Shown piece after piece: positions 12,271 through 23,520 of a stretch of 64,000 nt of DNA (the stretch's first letter is position 1; the number at the start of each line of letters is the position of its first letter). The translations under genes were made by a program, and so were the position numbers. The stretch is from Psammoneis japonica (Eukaryota). The notes beneath the pieces are model-generated. The model was not told the DNA's origin, made no database searches, and saw nothing but the letters and a program-made list of their open reading frames with translations. Location of the stretch: assembly GCA_008632985.1 (NCBI GenBank), contig QPGO01000141.1:124001-188000 (forward strand), read 5' to 3'.

Positions 12271-14817
12271 ATGGAAATCAGAGGCAAATCAGCCAGATTT
12301 GACCCCAATGGTCATCCGCACGCGTGCCTGCACCAGCCTGTTTTGCGTCTGCTGACAAATCAGGCTGATGGCAGGATCCATGCAAGCACACACCAGAAAT
12401 CCTCTTGCAGAAGCCATGAGAAGTGGCTGGTGTTCAACAAAAAAAGAGAACTTCAACGTGGTTGTGCTGGATTCCCTCTCAGAATTCACAAAAACAACAA
12501 ACATCACTCTGTTGCGTCTGTTGTTGTCGACCACAATGTCGAACTTGCCGTGGCGTGGCAAGCCTCTGCCACCTCTCCCAATGCCACAGAAGCTGAAAGA
12601 CGTGAACTTGTGGCCAGTGCAGCTTTGAGACGTCAGGTTCAGGCTGAAGAAATGAACAATTCAGAAGCAAACAACCAAGAAGAGGAAAGCGTGTCACACA
12701 TGAACGCATCCCGTGTCAGCAATTCGGGTCCCCATGCTGCAACCAGTGGGGATGAATTTGATGGAGAAGGCATGTCATTGTCTGAATCTGTTGACAACAG
12801 TGCTGCTGAGGAAGTTGCTGCAGCTGTCACTCCCACTCAGTCTCAGGAGAAACATCAACAGGAGCCCTCCACGGCTGAAGAAGTTCTGCACACTCCCGAG
12901 CACGCAAGGCAAGACGAGGAGGCCATGCAGCATTTTGATTGAGTCATTCACGAATTTGCTGAAGAAGACCCTGTTGAGTTTCATGAAGCCACACATGAAC
13001 GGTCATCTGCACAGAATCTTTTGGACACTCAAGTGACTGTCGACGAGGGAGGGAAGACCGGCACGTGCCGCGATCCGAAAACAGGGAAATTGTGTCTGCA
13101 GACTTGAAGCATCCACACAAAGAAGTCCACAGCCGATTGAAGAGAGAGACAAGAATGCAGGCTGAAGCATGCAGGAAGAGAGAACCACTCAGATGAGCTG
13201 TCAATGACAGAGCAAGAAAAAGTGCGTGCTTTTCTGCATCGTGAATGTTGCAATGTCATTTTGTTCTGGCCTGTTGTCTGACAACATTGTTGCCAAGATC
13301 TGAGATGGGGGGGATGCCTGTGCAAAGGTCTCTTGAAACGACATGCAACCTCCCAGATGAATGCTTTGGCAGGGTGGACAACACAGCTGAGCATGTCCAT
13401 GCTGAAGGCATGTGTCCAGAACCAAGGTCTTTGTCTGCCACCAGGGCTCAAGGTTTCGTCAACGGCCTGCTGAACCCAACAGAGTCTGAATGGGCTGGAG
13501 ATCCAACTGCTGGAAATGTTGTGGATCTACTTGGTGCATCCTCCAGCAGCATTGATGTGTTCTCATTCCCAAGACACCCTCATCCACGACGTCCGCGCAT
13601 GCAAGAAGAGTCGTCTTCCTCCAATTCCACCTCTGCCGACGACCATCTGCTGCTTCAAGATGGCAGGTGCACCAGGAGGGCCAGCACATGGGTGTCTCGC
13701 CCAACTCTTGGCACCTTCCTGGACAACGACAAAGAAGAAGCAGCTCTCCTTTTCATTTTGAAGGCTGCCAAGCAAAAGGGGTTCAACGAAAGCCTTGTCC
13801 ATGGAAAGTGCATCAAGTTTCTTTGTGACCCAGTGGATGGGGGCCTCTTTGACAGGAGTCGTCATGGGCCTCTCAGCAACTTCACTCCAATCACTGTGGA
13901 CACCCTCAGGAAAAAGTTGAAAGAGGCTGAGACTGTTTGTAGGAGCAGGTGCTGCTCACAAGGTTCCCACAGCACCGACACCACTGGGGCAGAGGGAGAG
14001 GCCACACCTGAGTTTGGCCGACTGTTTGTGGAGTTTTTCCGGCACCAGGAGCTCCAGTCAAGCTTGTCCTCCTCCCGTCGTCGATCTGCCAACGCTGAGG
14101 CTGCACGAGACAACAGGATCAGGTGTGTGAAGCGATTGTTTGTGCGTGTCATTTTCTGCAGCATCTCTCACAACATTCTGATGCCTCTCACAAGGGTGGA
14201 ATGAAGCACAATTGGAGCAATGGCTCCTCTTGGCAAGCCTGGACAGGCGCTCCGGTGGGAGACCACTCGTGGCACCTCTGCCAGTTCCTTGTTTGCGGCA
14301 TCACAGGACATTGGCTGTGGCCTCACCCAACAAATCAAGCCTTTGGATCCTGCTCAATCCCAAGGCTCAGCAGTTCAAACATGGAGTCCCCACGTCGTAC
14401 AAGGAGAGGCCGCCCCCCAGCTCCACGCCGCACACACAGCCTGGAGTCATCTCCAGGAGGAACGTCAAGCCACATTCCAACTCGGATGAGCAGTTTTTGC
14501 CGGGGGCACATGTTGCAGCATTCAAGAGCAACTTGCAAGATGTGGTGCAAATGACACACAGCACATCCACAGCGCCTCCTGCAGCAGCTGTTTGTCCATT
14601 TGCCACCATTTTGTCGGACATTTCGAATGTGCAGAACCAACGCGATCAGGCTGAAAATCGTGGAGAGAGCACCGAAAGCTTTGACTTTTACCTGGAAGTG
14701 CTCGAGAATGAGGTCAAAGCTTGCAATGCAGCACAGCAGTGTGCCCCACAGCAGCATCTATTTTCCTTGCACTCTTCTGAAGAAAACGAAAACCAAGAGA
14801 ACAGCTGCACCGGTTAG
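12271..14817 (+). pseudogene. Transposon ORF2 (candidate Harbinger accessory DNA-binding protein), degenerate; also 32572-35117 and 52885-55432
   Basis: Long protein-like frames convergent on the transposase inside the TIRs; acidic low-complexity middle, helical segment EAALLFILKAAKQKG...TLRKKLKEAE; probable intron at ~14124-14193. Confidence 0.5.
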
Positions 14818-14825
14818 ACCCGCAG

Positions 14826-15258
14826 TTGCGCGCCAAGATCCTGGCGCGATTTGCTCAACCAGTTGTTGCTTTACAAGCACTTAGAATTGCAGGACAATCA
14901 ACAGCAACAACATTGTGTGTAGAACGATGGCTTGCTTGTGGTGACACTGTCATTCCCACACCCCCATTGGATCGGAGTCGGCATTCAGACATCCAAACGA
15001 CCTGCAGTTTTGCGCCAAAATCCCAGCAGGATTTGATCAACTGGTCATTGCTTTGCAAGCACTCAGAACTGTGGGACAATCAACATCAATGACATCATCT
15101 GCAGAACCACAGCTTTCCAATGGTGTTGCTTTCGTTTCCATGCGCCCAGCAGATCAAATTTGGCATTGAGACATCCAAACGCCCCCGTGGTTGCGCACCA
15201 AAATCCCACCGCGATTTGATCGACCAGTCATTGCTTTGCAAGCACTTGGAAGCATGGG
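14826..15258. repeat. Imperfect tandem repeat, ~183 bp period, ~2.4 copies (also in copies 2 and 3)
   Basis: ttgcg..ccaa.atcc....gatttg.tc.ac..gt..ttgcttt.caagcact at ~14826, ~15010 and ~15191. Confidence 0.8.
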
Positions 15259-16721
15259 GCATGGCCTGCAATCCAAAGGTCCCGGGCTGGGTTTCATTCA
15301 TGCCACAGCAGCAATTCAAAAGAAAGAAGGATGAGAACAGCAGCTTCAAAATGCAGTCGCCACTGATGAACAGACGCAAATGGGATGGGTCGTGAAATGC
15401 ACCAACGAGATTGCGGTGGTCGGCAAAGGTGTGCTCCTCCAACTCTCTTGACCCTGCCATGGCAGAGTTGACATTCATTTCAAACCAATCTGGGTCCCGA
15501 CAGCGAGGAACAACAGCTGGCAAATCTTGAGCAAAAATTTCATCAGCATGCGGGGATGGGAGAAAAAGACGATGCGGCGGCAGGGCGTGTGGAGCTAGAA
15601 TTTCCTCGAGATGGCCACTCAGATTGCTCATGTTCATCACTCCATTGTCATGACGCAAAGAAGCAATCCAAATGCTTCCTGTCATTCCATTGGGAAGAAA
15701 AACTGCTTGCACTTTGAGACCATGAGCTCTGAAATGCATGCTGCAGCGACGGAAAACATGCACAAAGAATTGAGAAAGAGTGAGAAAGATGTTGACGACG
15801 GTTTGACAATCAACACATTTTCAGAAAGGACAACTCCACCCACAGAAAGCTTGTTGCATGTCATCTGTGAAGCCCCAGCGCCGTCTTGGTGAATCCCCAG
15901 GGCGAGCCGTTGGAACACCCGTGTAAAAATCCAAATGTTCGGAAGGTCAAAAATGGCAACACTGTGTGCATGAGTTGACCAAAGGTGGCAAATCCGCTGC
16001 CATCATCCACTTCTTGCAGAGAGGCCCTGCGAACCAGTTTGCTCCAAATCGCAAAACGAAATTTTGTGATGTGAGGCAGCCACATGTTCATCGACCGGCT
16101 GCTTGTCTTGGGGCAGAAAGTTCCATGCAAGTGTTCTGCCATGAATTGCATGATGCAAGTGAAGCGTCGTGGGTTGCCACCAAAAGCATCTCCAGCCATG
16201 GTGGTGCATGTGTGCCCAGATCGAAGGTGACATGAGAAAACAATGACAACCTCCTTGTGCTCAAAAACACAATCTTGACACCTCACAACCGCTGGAACGC
16301 GAAGGTGACGTGTGAGTTTCCGCAGTTTTCGGCGGTTGCAACCTGTGAAACTGCGGCATTCATGTGGAGCAAGACTGTTGATTGTCCTTTTCTGCTCCAA
16401 CAAAAATCTCTCCTGTCTTCTGTGAAAGAAACAACAATCTTCAAAGTTGAGCAGCGACATCATCGTGTGGCACTTGCACCATGCCAGCAAAGTGAAAAAA
16501 GTCTTGAACGCTGCTGCTTCTCGGAAGCACTGAGCTGCATTCCTTTGCTTCTTTTCAATTAAAACAACAAGCATGAACAAGAACAAAAGCAATGCATGAC
16601 AGTGTGACATCATCATCATTGCAACAGCACAGTGGCCGGCCATTTCTCGCGCATCTGATGCCGTCAAGCCATCACCATGGTGCAACCAGTTGGTGCGGTG
16701 CACTGCTTGCCTTCTGCCCAT
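15095..16721 (-). pseudogene. PIF/Harbinger (DDE_Tnp_4, HARBI1-like) transposase, degenerate, copy 1
   Basis: Motifs FGF(VDD)TG, HFRAHGLKVQAVFLPNG, xADGIF/ADEIF, NSAMAGxRELEEH; probable intron at ~15742-15838. Confidence 0.82.
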
Positions 16722-18650
16722 GCCATCCTCTCAGCATCATCTTGGCCGTCATCAGCATCACCAGAAGAAACATCCTCATGACTGCGTTGCCTGAGATTGA
16801 CGGCATCATCATCTTGGCTCATCATCTTGCTCGGCTGCGGCCTGCGGGTTCAAACAAAGCAGCACAACAAATTGTCCGTGGAGCAGCAACACAGAAAAGA
16901 GAGTTTGACACAGTCAATGTAGTCACTCGAATGAGGGATTGTGCTTCGTGCGATTTGAGAGGGCGCGCCACAGTTCTTGGCCCGTTCATTTTCTACGTGG
17001 CCTGGCACAACCCAAATCTGTGTAGATTCAGTGCATTTTGCCCTGCAGAACAGTTTTTGGGAGTGTTTTCTGGCTCGCAATGCAAAATGACACGCAAAAT
17101 GACATGGACAATGGCGTTTTGCCGATTTCAAAAATGCGGTTGTTTCTGAGGTGCTTTGCAGTGTGCTCTCAATGGAATGTCACACGTCACAGCACAAGGT
17201 GTGTGATGAGCTCGAGAGCACACAGGTTCACATGGGTGGCTGATGGTGACATTTTGAGCTGAAGATTGATGTTGACACCTCCGATTTTGTTGCATCAAAA
17301 CGCAACTTGTGCATCACCATTCATTCTGTGCATTTCGTTGAGCACTCACACGTTCACATTCTTTGAACTTGCACACATGTTGTCTTTCCTCATTGTTGTT
17401 TTGTTCTGCAGGGTCTCCCTTGCCATGAGCCATCCCTGAGAGAGAAATGCTTCCTTTGAATGTCACTTCTACCTTGCAACGGCCACGGCAGTCTGACGAC
17501 AAGTCCAAGTCACAGACACAGCATCCAGATGGCTTCACAATGAATGCAGAAGCTTGGGTCTGTGGTGTCTGCAGATGTTCAAGCTCTTGACAGCTCAGAT
17601 TTGTCGCAGAGCAATTTTGCCGCGCATTCGACGTGCTTCCAAAAGGCGATGCGGAGTTTTGTTCAACAGAGAAACGCACCATGGCAATTGTGATGGTTTG
17701 CATTGAGTCTCACAGCTGCAAGGCAGTTTGTGACACAGAAACATGTGACTTGTTTGCCTCATTTGCCAAGCCTGTGCAACACATTTAGAGGTGAAAGTCG
17801 GGGCAAATTGTGCACAGTGCCAAGTCTCCAAAAACAGCACAAGAGTGCAAGCCCAAAAGAAAAATTGGCTTTGCAACTTGCCACTAGAGTGCAGAGCTTG
17901 TTTTTCTGGGGCATCATGTCTCTGTTGTTTTTGTGGAGTGAACATTCACTGGAGTTGTCACCGCCAACGTGCGAGTTCACCTTGACAACATGTTGCACTG
18001 TGTTCTGAGATTTTGGAATGAAAAAACAACTTGCGCTCACATTGTTCTGTCACAACAGAAATGTGCGAGCTGTCCCTGGCCCTTTTGGAGAAATCGGGCA
18101 AGTGAAAGAGGAGCTGCAGAAAGATGCAGACGACGCCATTTTGATGGATTCTCGTCAGGTGGGGTGTGGCGAGGAGTCGTGATGGAGTGCCGCTTCGTGT
18201 TTTTGTGCTGCGTCCATGTGGGAATGTGCGTGCTTGGCTCTCGTGCAGTTTCCACGTAAAAAGTGCACCAGGCGATCTCTGGACCGCCCTCTTAAATGGA
18301 AATTTGACAGAAAAGGAATTTGGAATGTTTCACATTTTCGATTTCTCTGATCCCCTGCCGCGCGCGTCGTCAGCAACGCGCTTTTCGGGACACCCAGAAC
18401 TCAGCGGCGTGTGGGAGGCCGCGCGGTGCGCTGAAACGCGTCCGATTTGCGTCCGGAACCGCATTTTCGGGACACCCTATTCCGTTTTGAGGCCTTTCGC
18501 GACGGAGTCGCGCACACATTCCGTGCGATTCCGTGGATTCTCGTTTCCTGTGTAAAACAAATAACAGCTCCAACAGCAATAAACGAGATACGAGACAGTC
18601 GGCAGTCGAACACACCACGAGTCGAAGCAGGAGTGCCGCTATTATGGCGC

Positions 18651-19513
18651 ATGAATAAGGAAATTGCACTCATGGAAGATCACCGCCTTGACGAAGACGC
18701 CGATGGCTTCGAAGAGCATTTCAACGAGGCTGATGACGATGCATTTCCTCATATACAACAGTACTACGCCTCGTTGACCCCAGATTTGCGAGGAGAGGGA
18801 TATTTCGATACCCGCCTTGTCAGCTTTCACAAAGGCCCAAATATACCTGAAGAGCGGTACTTTTGTTCCCATCCCAAGTCACTATCCTACCTGAATGGTG
18901 ATCCTCGAAGGACTCCAGCAGATCATCCGCTCAGAGCCATCGCTTGGGTCCTTGACGCTGCTCCACTTAATTCTGTGGTGCGCCTTTTCTGCTACTCTCT
19001 GACAGATCCGATAGCGATTGATTTGCTCGTTCATGCCGGATCGTCGCGTGATGTCAGAGTTATCCTTCATCCAAATGACAAGAGTAAAAGAGCATTGGAA
19101 GAATTTGTTGATCAACATGGGAAAAGTGCTTTTCTCGAAAACATGGAAATTCGTCTAGCAAACCTAACAGGCTCCCGTGCGAATCGAGTAAGGTCCAAAT
19201 GCATGAGAAATCCCTTATTACGGATACATACACCGTTATTGGAAGTTACAACCTGTCGAGCTTTGCCCGCGTAGGAAATTGGGAGTCGATTTGCGTGGTG
19301 GATACACCGCCCAAATGTCAAGCCAACTTTGACGGCATCTGGGACAACATTTCCAATCGACAAGTTGAGAAGCTTTATGCCAATTTACAGAGCACAGTAG
19401 TTGGTCCTCGACGACGGGCCCGTGCTGCTGCACGAGAAGCAGAGGATGCGCGGCGACAACAGGCTGCCAGAAACCGCAAGGCCCAGGAACAAAGCTTAAC
19501 TACCACTCATTGA
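18651..19513 (+). CDS. PLD/Nuc-like protein, copy 1 (1-nt frameshift in a C run at ~19175, possibly a sequencing error)
   Basis: Essentially identical to copy 3 except ggctcccgtg versus ggctccccgtg. Confidence 0.7.
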
Positions 19514-19744
19514 ATTTGAGCTCCATGATGCTTTTTTAATATCTGTAAGAAGCTGGAGTTATGGTGGTCCGCGGTGCAGATAGGCTACCGCAGCCGTCTC
19601 CACCTTTCGTGGACTCGAATACAGGATGCACGAAGGCGCCAACAACCGCCGGGAGAACAAGTACCGGGCGTGTAACCAGGTGCCTCACTGGCGAGCACAA
19701 CATTTCCATTGCCACTCAACGACACGAACTTTGACTCTTACACA

Positions 19745-21030
19745 AGACGCCAAGATACTTTAGCAGTAACGCAATGTGGAGCTGCAGCTATTGCCTTTTT
19801 AAAGGTGAGGTGTACAGGATACAGAGTACTGTATGTTGGTATGTTTGTTCTCAACCACCGCACTCTCACGCAATAAGAGTACTTGTTGTTTCAATATATT
19901 AACGGAGTTCTTCCCGCCGCAACAGCCTTTATTGTACTTTGCTCGAAAATGGCATCGGTCATGAGCAAGTCGAAGCTCTTTTATTCGACCTGTATACCCG
20001 TTTTCTTCTTTTTCCTACATCTCTTTGATGCATGGATTTATCCCAATTCCAACCGGATCCACCCATCCTTGGAAACGGGGCTGTCGTGGTTGCCCCAGCG
20101 AAATGTGTTGGCCGAAATTCGCAGCCATTAGACATCTTGTTTGTTTTATATTGTGACGAAAATTTACTCGTCCGTCTCGGTCGGACTCTTGTTTTGGCAA
20201 TTTGCGAATGACGTTGTGTCCGTCGAACAAGCCATAAGCGTTTTTGTCTACTCTTTGCTCAAATGAGTAGACTGGTTCCCGTCGTGGCGGGACAATATGT
20301 TGTGCGGTATACCAGTCAATCCGAATCCTTTGCGGTGAGTTTGCACCGACTCGCGGCAGCCGTGAGTTTTGCGGGAGTCATGATTTGTGCCTCTCATCAT
20401 GCGAGTCGAACGTATATAAAACAGCAAGCACAAGAAGAGCAAGCTTCGTTATCCAATAATACCAAAGAGACGACGCCAGTATCTACACCAAAGAAACCTA
20501 AAGCATGGGGGGAATCGGCAAAGTTCCTGGCATCCTCGCAGTATCTGAGACTGATTGCCGCATTGGTGCGGGTGTACGGACTGTCGATTCATTAAAAAGA
20601 AAAAGTATCCCGATCCGCTCGATTATCAACGATTCCTATCAGCGTGCATTGTCATTTCTTTGGCGTGCACGTGATTCGAATCTTGGGATGGAGGGTGGGT
20701 GACATGACGAAATCATGGCTGTACTTGCATCACCATTCTTTGCTCGCATCTTATTGGATCTCGACGGCAGCCAGGATCTTTACTAAGCAAGACGTCCAAA
20801 TACGCACTCTTTGATCCCACGACACCAATGGCGTACAGTGCACTCGACGAGGAATCCAAGGTCAAGGGCAAGGCTGCGATTGATGTATTGGGATTGCGTA
20901 TTGGCAAGAGCGGCGGCTCGTTAGTTCAACAGGGTGGTAGTGTTGTTTGGAAACATTATTGATGCGGCGCCCGTGGTTGTCGTGATTTATAAAACCGTCT
21001 TGTTGGGGTGGATGGGCGCGGCTAAAGACT
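19745..21030 (+). pseudogene. NTT / TLC-family ATP:ADP (nucleotide) transporter pseudogene, copy 1
   Basis: DTLAVTQCGAAAIAFLK|intron, GVLPAATAF, LLFWQFANDVVSVEQA, KYALFDPT, MAYSALDEESKVKGKAAIDVLG.RIGKSGGSL; stops, frameshifts and internal deletions. Confidence 0.85.
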
Positions 21031-21032
21031 AC

Positions 21033-21142
21033 AGTGTAGAACAAAAGCGTTGTTTTCTTTTTAGAACTGATACCGTATCTACAAACAAAGTGTAGAACAA
21101 AAGCGTTGGTTGTTTTAGAACGGATACCGTATCTACAAACAA
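21033..21142. repeat. ~56-bp direct duplication (also at 41324 and 61963)
   Basis: agtgtagaacaaaagcgttg...ttttagaac.gataccgtatctacaaacaa occurs twice in tandem. Confidence 0.9.
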
Positions 21143-21502
21143 ATTGTCACTCGGACCTACAGCGCTAAAAAATCAGGAATCTTGTTATAGCCGCAAGTAG
21201 TGTTGTAGTGGCAGGGCCAACGTAATTCTGGACGAGGAGCTGCGTCTCTCCACATTTGATGGACTAATGTAGCAAAAGCTTGTTGAAATTGCTCTTCATC
21301 TTGATGACATCGTTGTCATCGTTGTTTGGGACTGACGCACCGTTGACCAATGCTCCTTGTCTGCCAACAACTGCACGTAGATGCCAGCAGGCGCTGAAGG
21401 AGCACTTGCTCCATGCAAAGATCTCTTGGTCCTTTTTCTTGTTGCATGGCGGAGCACCAAATGCGGTTGATGGTGCTTCATTGGAACACTTCTCATCTCA
21501 AA

Positions 21503-23307
21503 ATGGCTCGGAGCAGCAGATACAATTATGTATTGTTGTACGTGGCGTGTTGTGTGTATCGACTCGGCAACGCCTGCCATGGTTGCTTTATACGCAATTT
21601 GATCCAGATGAGTATTGGCAAAGCTTGGAGCCAGCATACTGTCGAGTGTTTTCTTCTCAAAACAACAATTGCGCACTCACGTGGGAATGGCTTGGAGATG
21701 AACCGATACGATCCTACGTATCGATACTACCAACGTTTCTGTTTTACAAGACTGTATCTGCGTTGCAACACTTTCTTAAAGATGCTACAATTTCGTGGCT
21801 TGTTTCGAGAGGACCGTTGTATTTGCATGCGATACTCGTTACAGCACCAACCGACTTGTGTATCTACTATTTGTCATCGTGTGAAGGGTGGTGTTTGTTT
21901 GTTCCCTGACGAGTTGGTTTCATGGATACGCTCTGGCACGAACCTATAGCAATTCTCTAGAAACTTTGTTGCTTTTGATGGGTCTGGTGCTAATTCAAAA
22001 GAAACAACAAACAAATTTGGCTTTCCTTTTGGGTGGAATCAGTGTATCGATTCGATTTACAGCCTTGGCGGCTTGGATTCCACTCGGAATGTACTTGGCA
22101 TTTTTTCAACAAGAAACAAACGAACGTCGATACGAAATTTGGTAACGTTTTTGTTTTATCCCTGTGCCATTTTTGGATTGCTCGGGGTGTTTGCCGCCAT
22201 GGTGGTGGATTATCATTTTTACGGGAAACAATGGACCTTTACACTGTTGAACAATATTGTCTTTAATGTTGTGGAGAACAATGGAGCCTTGTATGGGACT
22301 CACTCGTGCATTGGTACTTGACGGGAGGAATACCGGCCATTACGGGTACCATGTTTCTCTTGTTGGTTTGGGATCTTACGGATCTCTTGACGGTCATACC
22401 ACAACGAAAAGACAATAAGAGACGCACACAACGAAAACAGCTGTGGACCATTATTTCATGCTATACCCTGCTGCATTCTTGTAATGCGCACAAGGAGTTT
22501 CGCTTTCTCTTGCCCATAGTACCGCTCTGTTGTATCTTGGCGGGCTATCGAATGAAGCTCTTGTACTTGATGTGTACGTCCGTGCTTGTGGATTCTTCGA
22601 GCAGATTTTTTCTCAAGGAAAAAGTGGCAAGCTACAAGGTGGTGTTGATAGTCATGATTACCGTCCCAATCCAGTTGAACCTTCTACCCATGATGTACCT
22701 TTCACAAATTCATCAACGATCACCCATTTCGATCAATTTATACATTGTCGAGTCCTTGTTGAAAAAAGACTCAACCTTGTTGTCGTCTTCCCATGTCGAT
22801 ATTCATTATCTCATGGGGTGTCATTCAACTCCGGTGTATAGCCATTTGCACGTACCGAAACGACCCGTGACAATATGGACCTTGGATTGTTCACCCAAGT
22901 GTCGTCGAACAAAGAATTGCGAGAGTGATGCATTCTTGGCGGACCCCAAAAGCTTTGTATACGATCATTATCGTGCCTTGCAAAAAGAGGATGTTTGCAA
23001 AGGCAACGACGAGACCAAAACGTGTCTAGCCGACACTGCTTCTACATTAGCACATCAGCTCGAGACACCTGATTTCATGGCTGTCTTTGTGGCCGACGTT
23101 TTAAAGATTGGCAAGGATGTATTCGACACTCTTGGCCTGCAGGAAGAGGCCCGTTTTATCCACAGTGTCATGGGAATGCGAATACGGATTGGACACGGCT
23201 ATTTGCATATTAAACACACGGATCGAAGCATTTATAGCAAGCGTTCCGCAGGACGCGTGGACGTATATTATGATGAAATGGTGCTCTTTACCAAGAAGAA
23301 AGACTGA
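21503..23307 (+). pseudogene. PIGB: PIG-B paralog (type B), frameshifted
   Basis: +4 nt insertion near 21575 relative to copy 1, plus single-base deletions at ~21900, ~22115 and ~22308 (the latter may be sequencing errors). Confidence 0.8.
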
Positions 23308-23520
23308 TAATAAACAAGTCATTTCCGATGTCGTTTGTTTGCCGAGTCCTCCGTGAGAGCCACTACATGATGGGTTGGATGATGAACATGAGCCGAACGT
23401 TTAGCCAGTAGTGACAATGCTTCATGGACTACAAGATCGAGAGTAACTTATGAGTGTAAAACTTTGCAACTAGAAGCAGCTCAATATACTATCGATAATC
23501 CGAATAAACATGCTGAACCT

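Larger units (their letters stand above)
10036..18552. mobile_element. ~8.5 kb TIR DNA transposon with PIF/Harbinger-type transposase, copy 1
   Basis: 41-bp inverted repeats: 10036-10076 cacaggaaacaagaatccacggaattgcacggaatgtgtgc versus 18512-18552 gcacacattccgtgcgattccgtggattctcgtttcctgtg (2 mismatches, both CpG transitions); encloses two convergent ORFs. Confidence 0.75.
1189..21484 (+). repeat. Tandem segmental repeat unit, copy 1 (~20.3 kb)
   Basis: Sequence from aacacttctcatctcaaaa(a)tggctc recurs at 21485, 41778 and 62419; the ORF track repeats with offsets of ~20.29 kb. Sequence upstream of 1189 differs from that upstream of the other copies. Confidence 0.95.

Noticed and set aside
17000..18280. 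Possible cargo gene inside the transposon (ORF 17314..17703 minus); similarly 10400-11800
   Set aside because: No recognisable motif; too degenerate to call.
6200..18400. Numerous Cys/His-rich ORFs in the ORF track that could be read as metal-binding proteins
   Set aside because: Explained by TpA loss removing stops and converting Tyr to Cys/His; they overlap in all frames.
4740..18550. Classical fungal RIP or simple CpG decay as the explanation
   Set aside because: RIP would enrich TpA and CpG decay does not remove it; copy comparison shows TA as the ancestral state.
18447..18650. N-terminal extension of the PLD ORF given in the ORF track
   Set aside because: Begins at a non-ATG codon inside the transposon end; ATG 18651 is the more plausible start.
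21033..21142. CRISPR-like repeat
   Set aside because: Only two adjacent units with no spacers, in a eukaryotic context.
21890..22320. Single-base frameshifts in copy 2 PIG-B (and similar ones elsewhere, e.g. ~19175)
   Set aside because: Mostly in short homopolymers and copy-private; likely long-read consensus errors, so not treated as biological.
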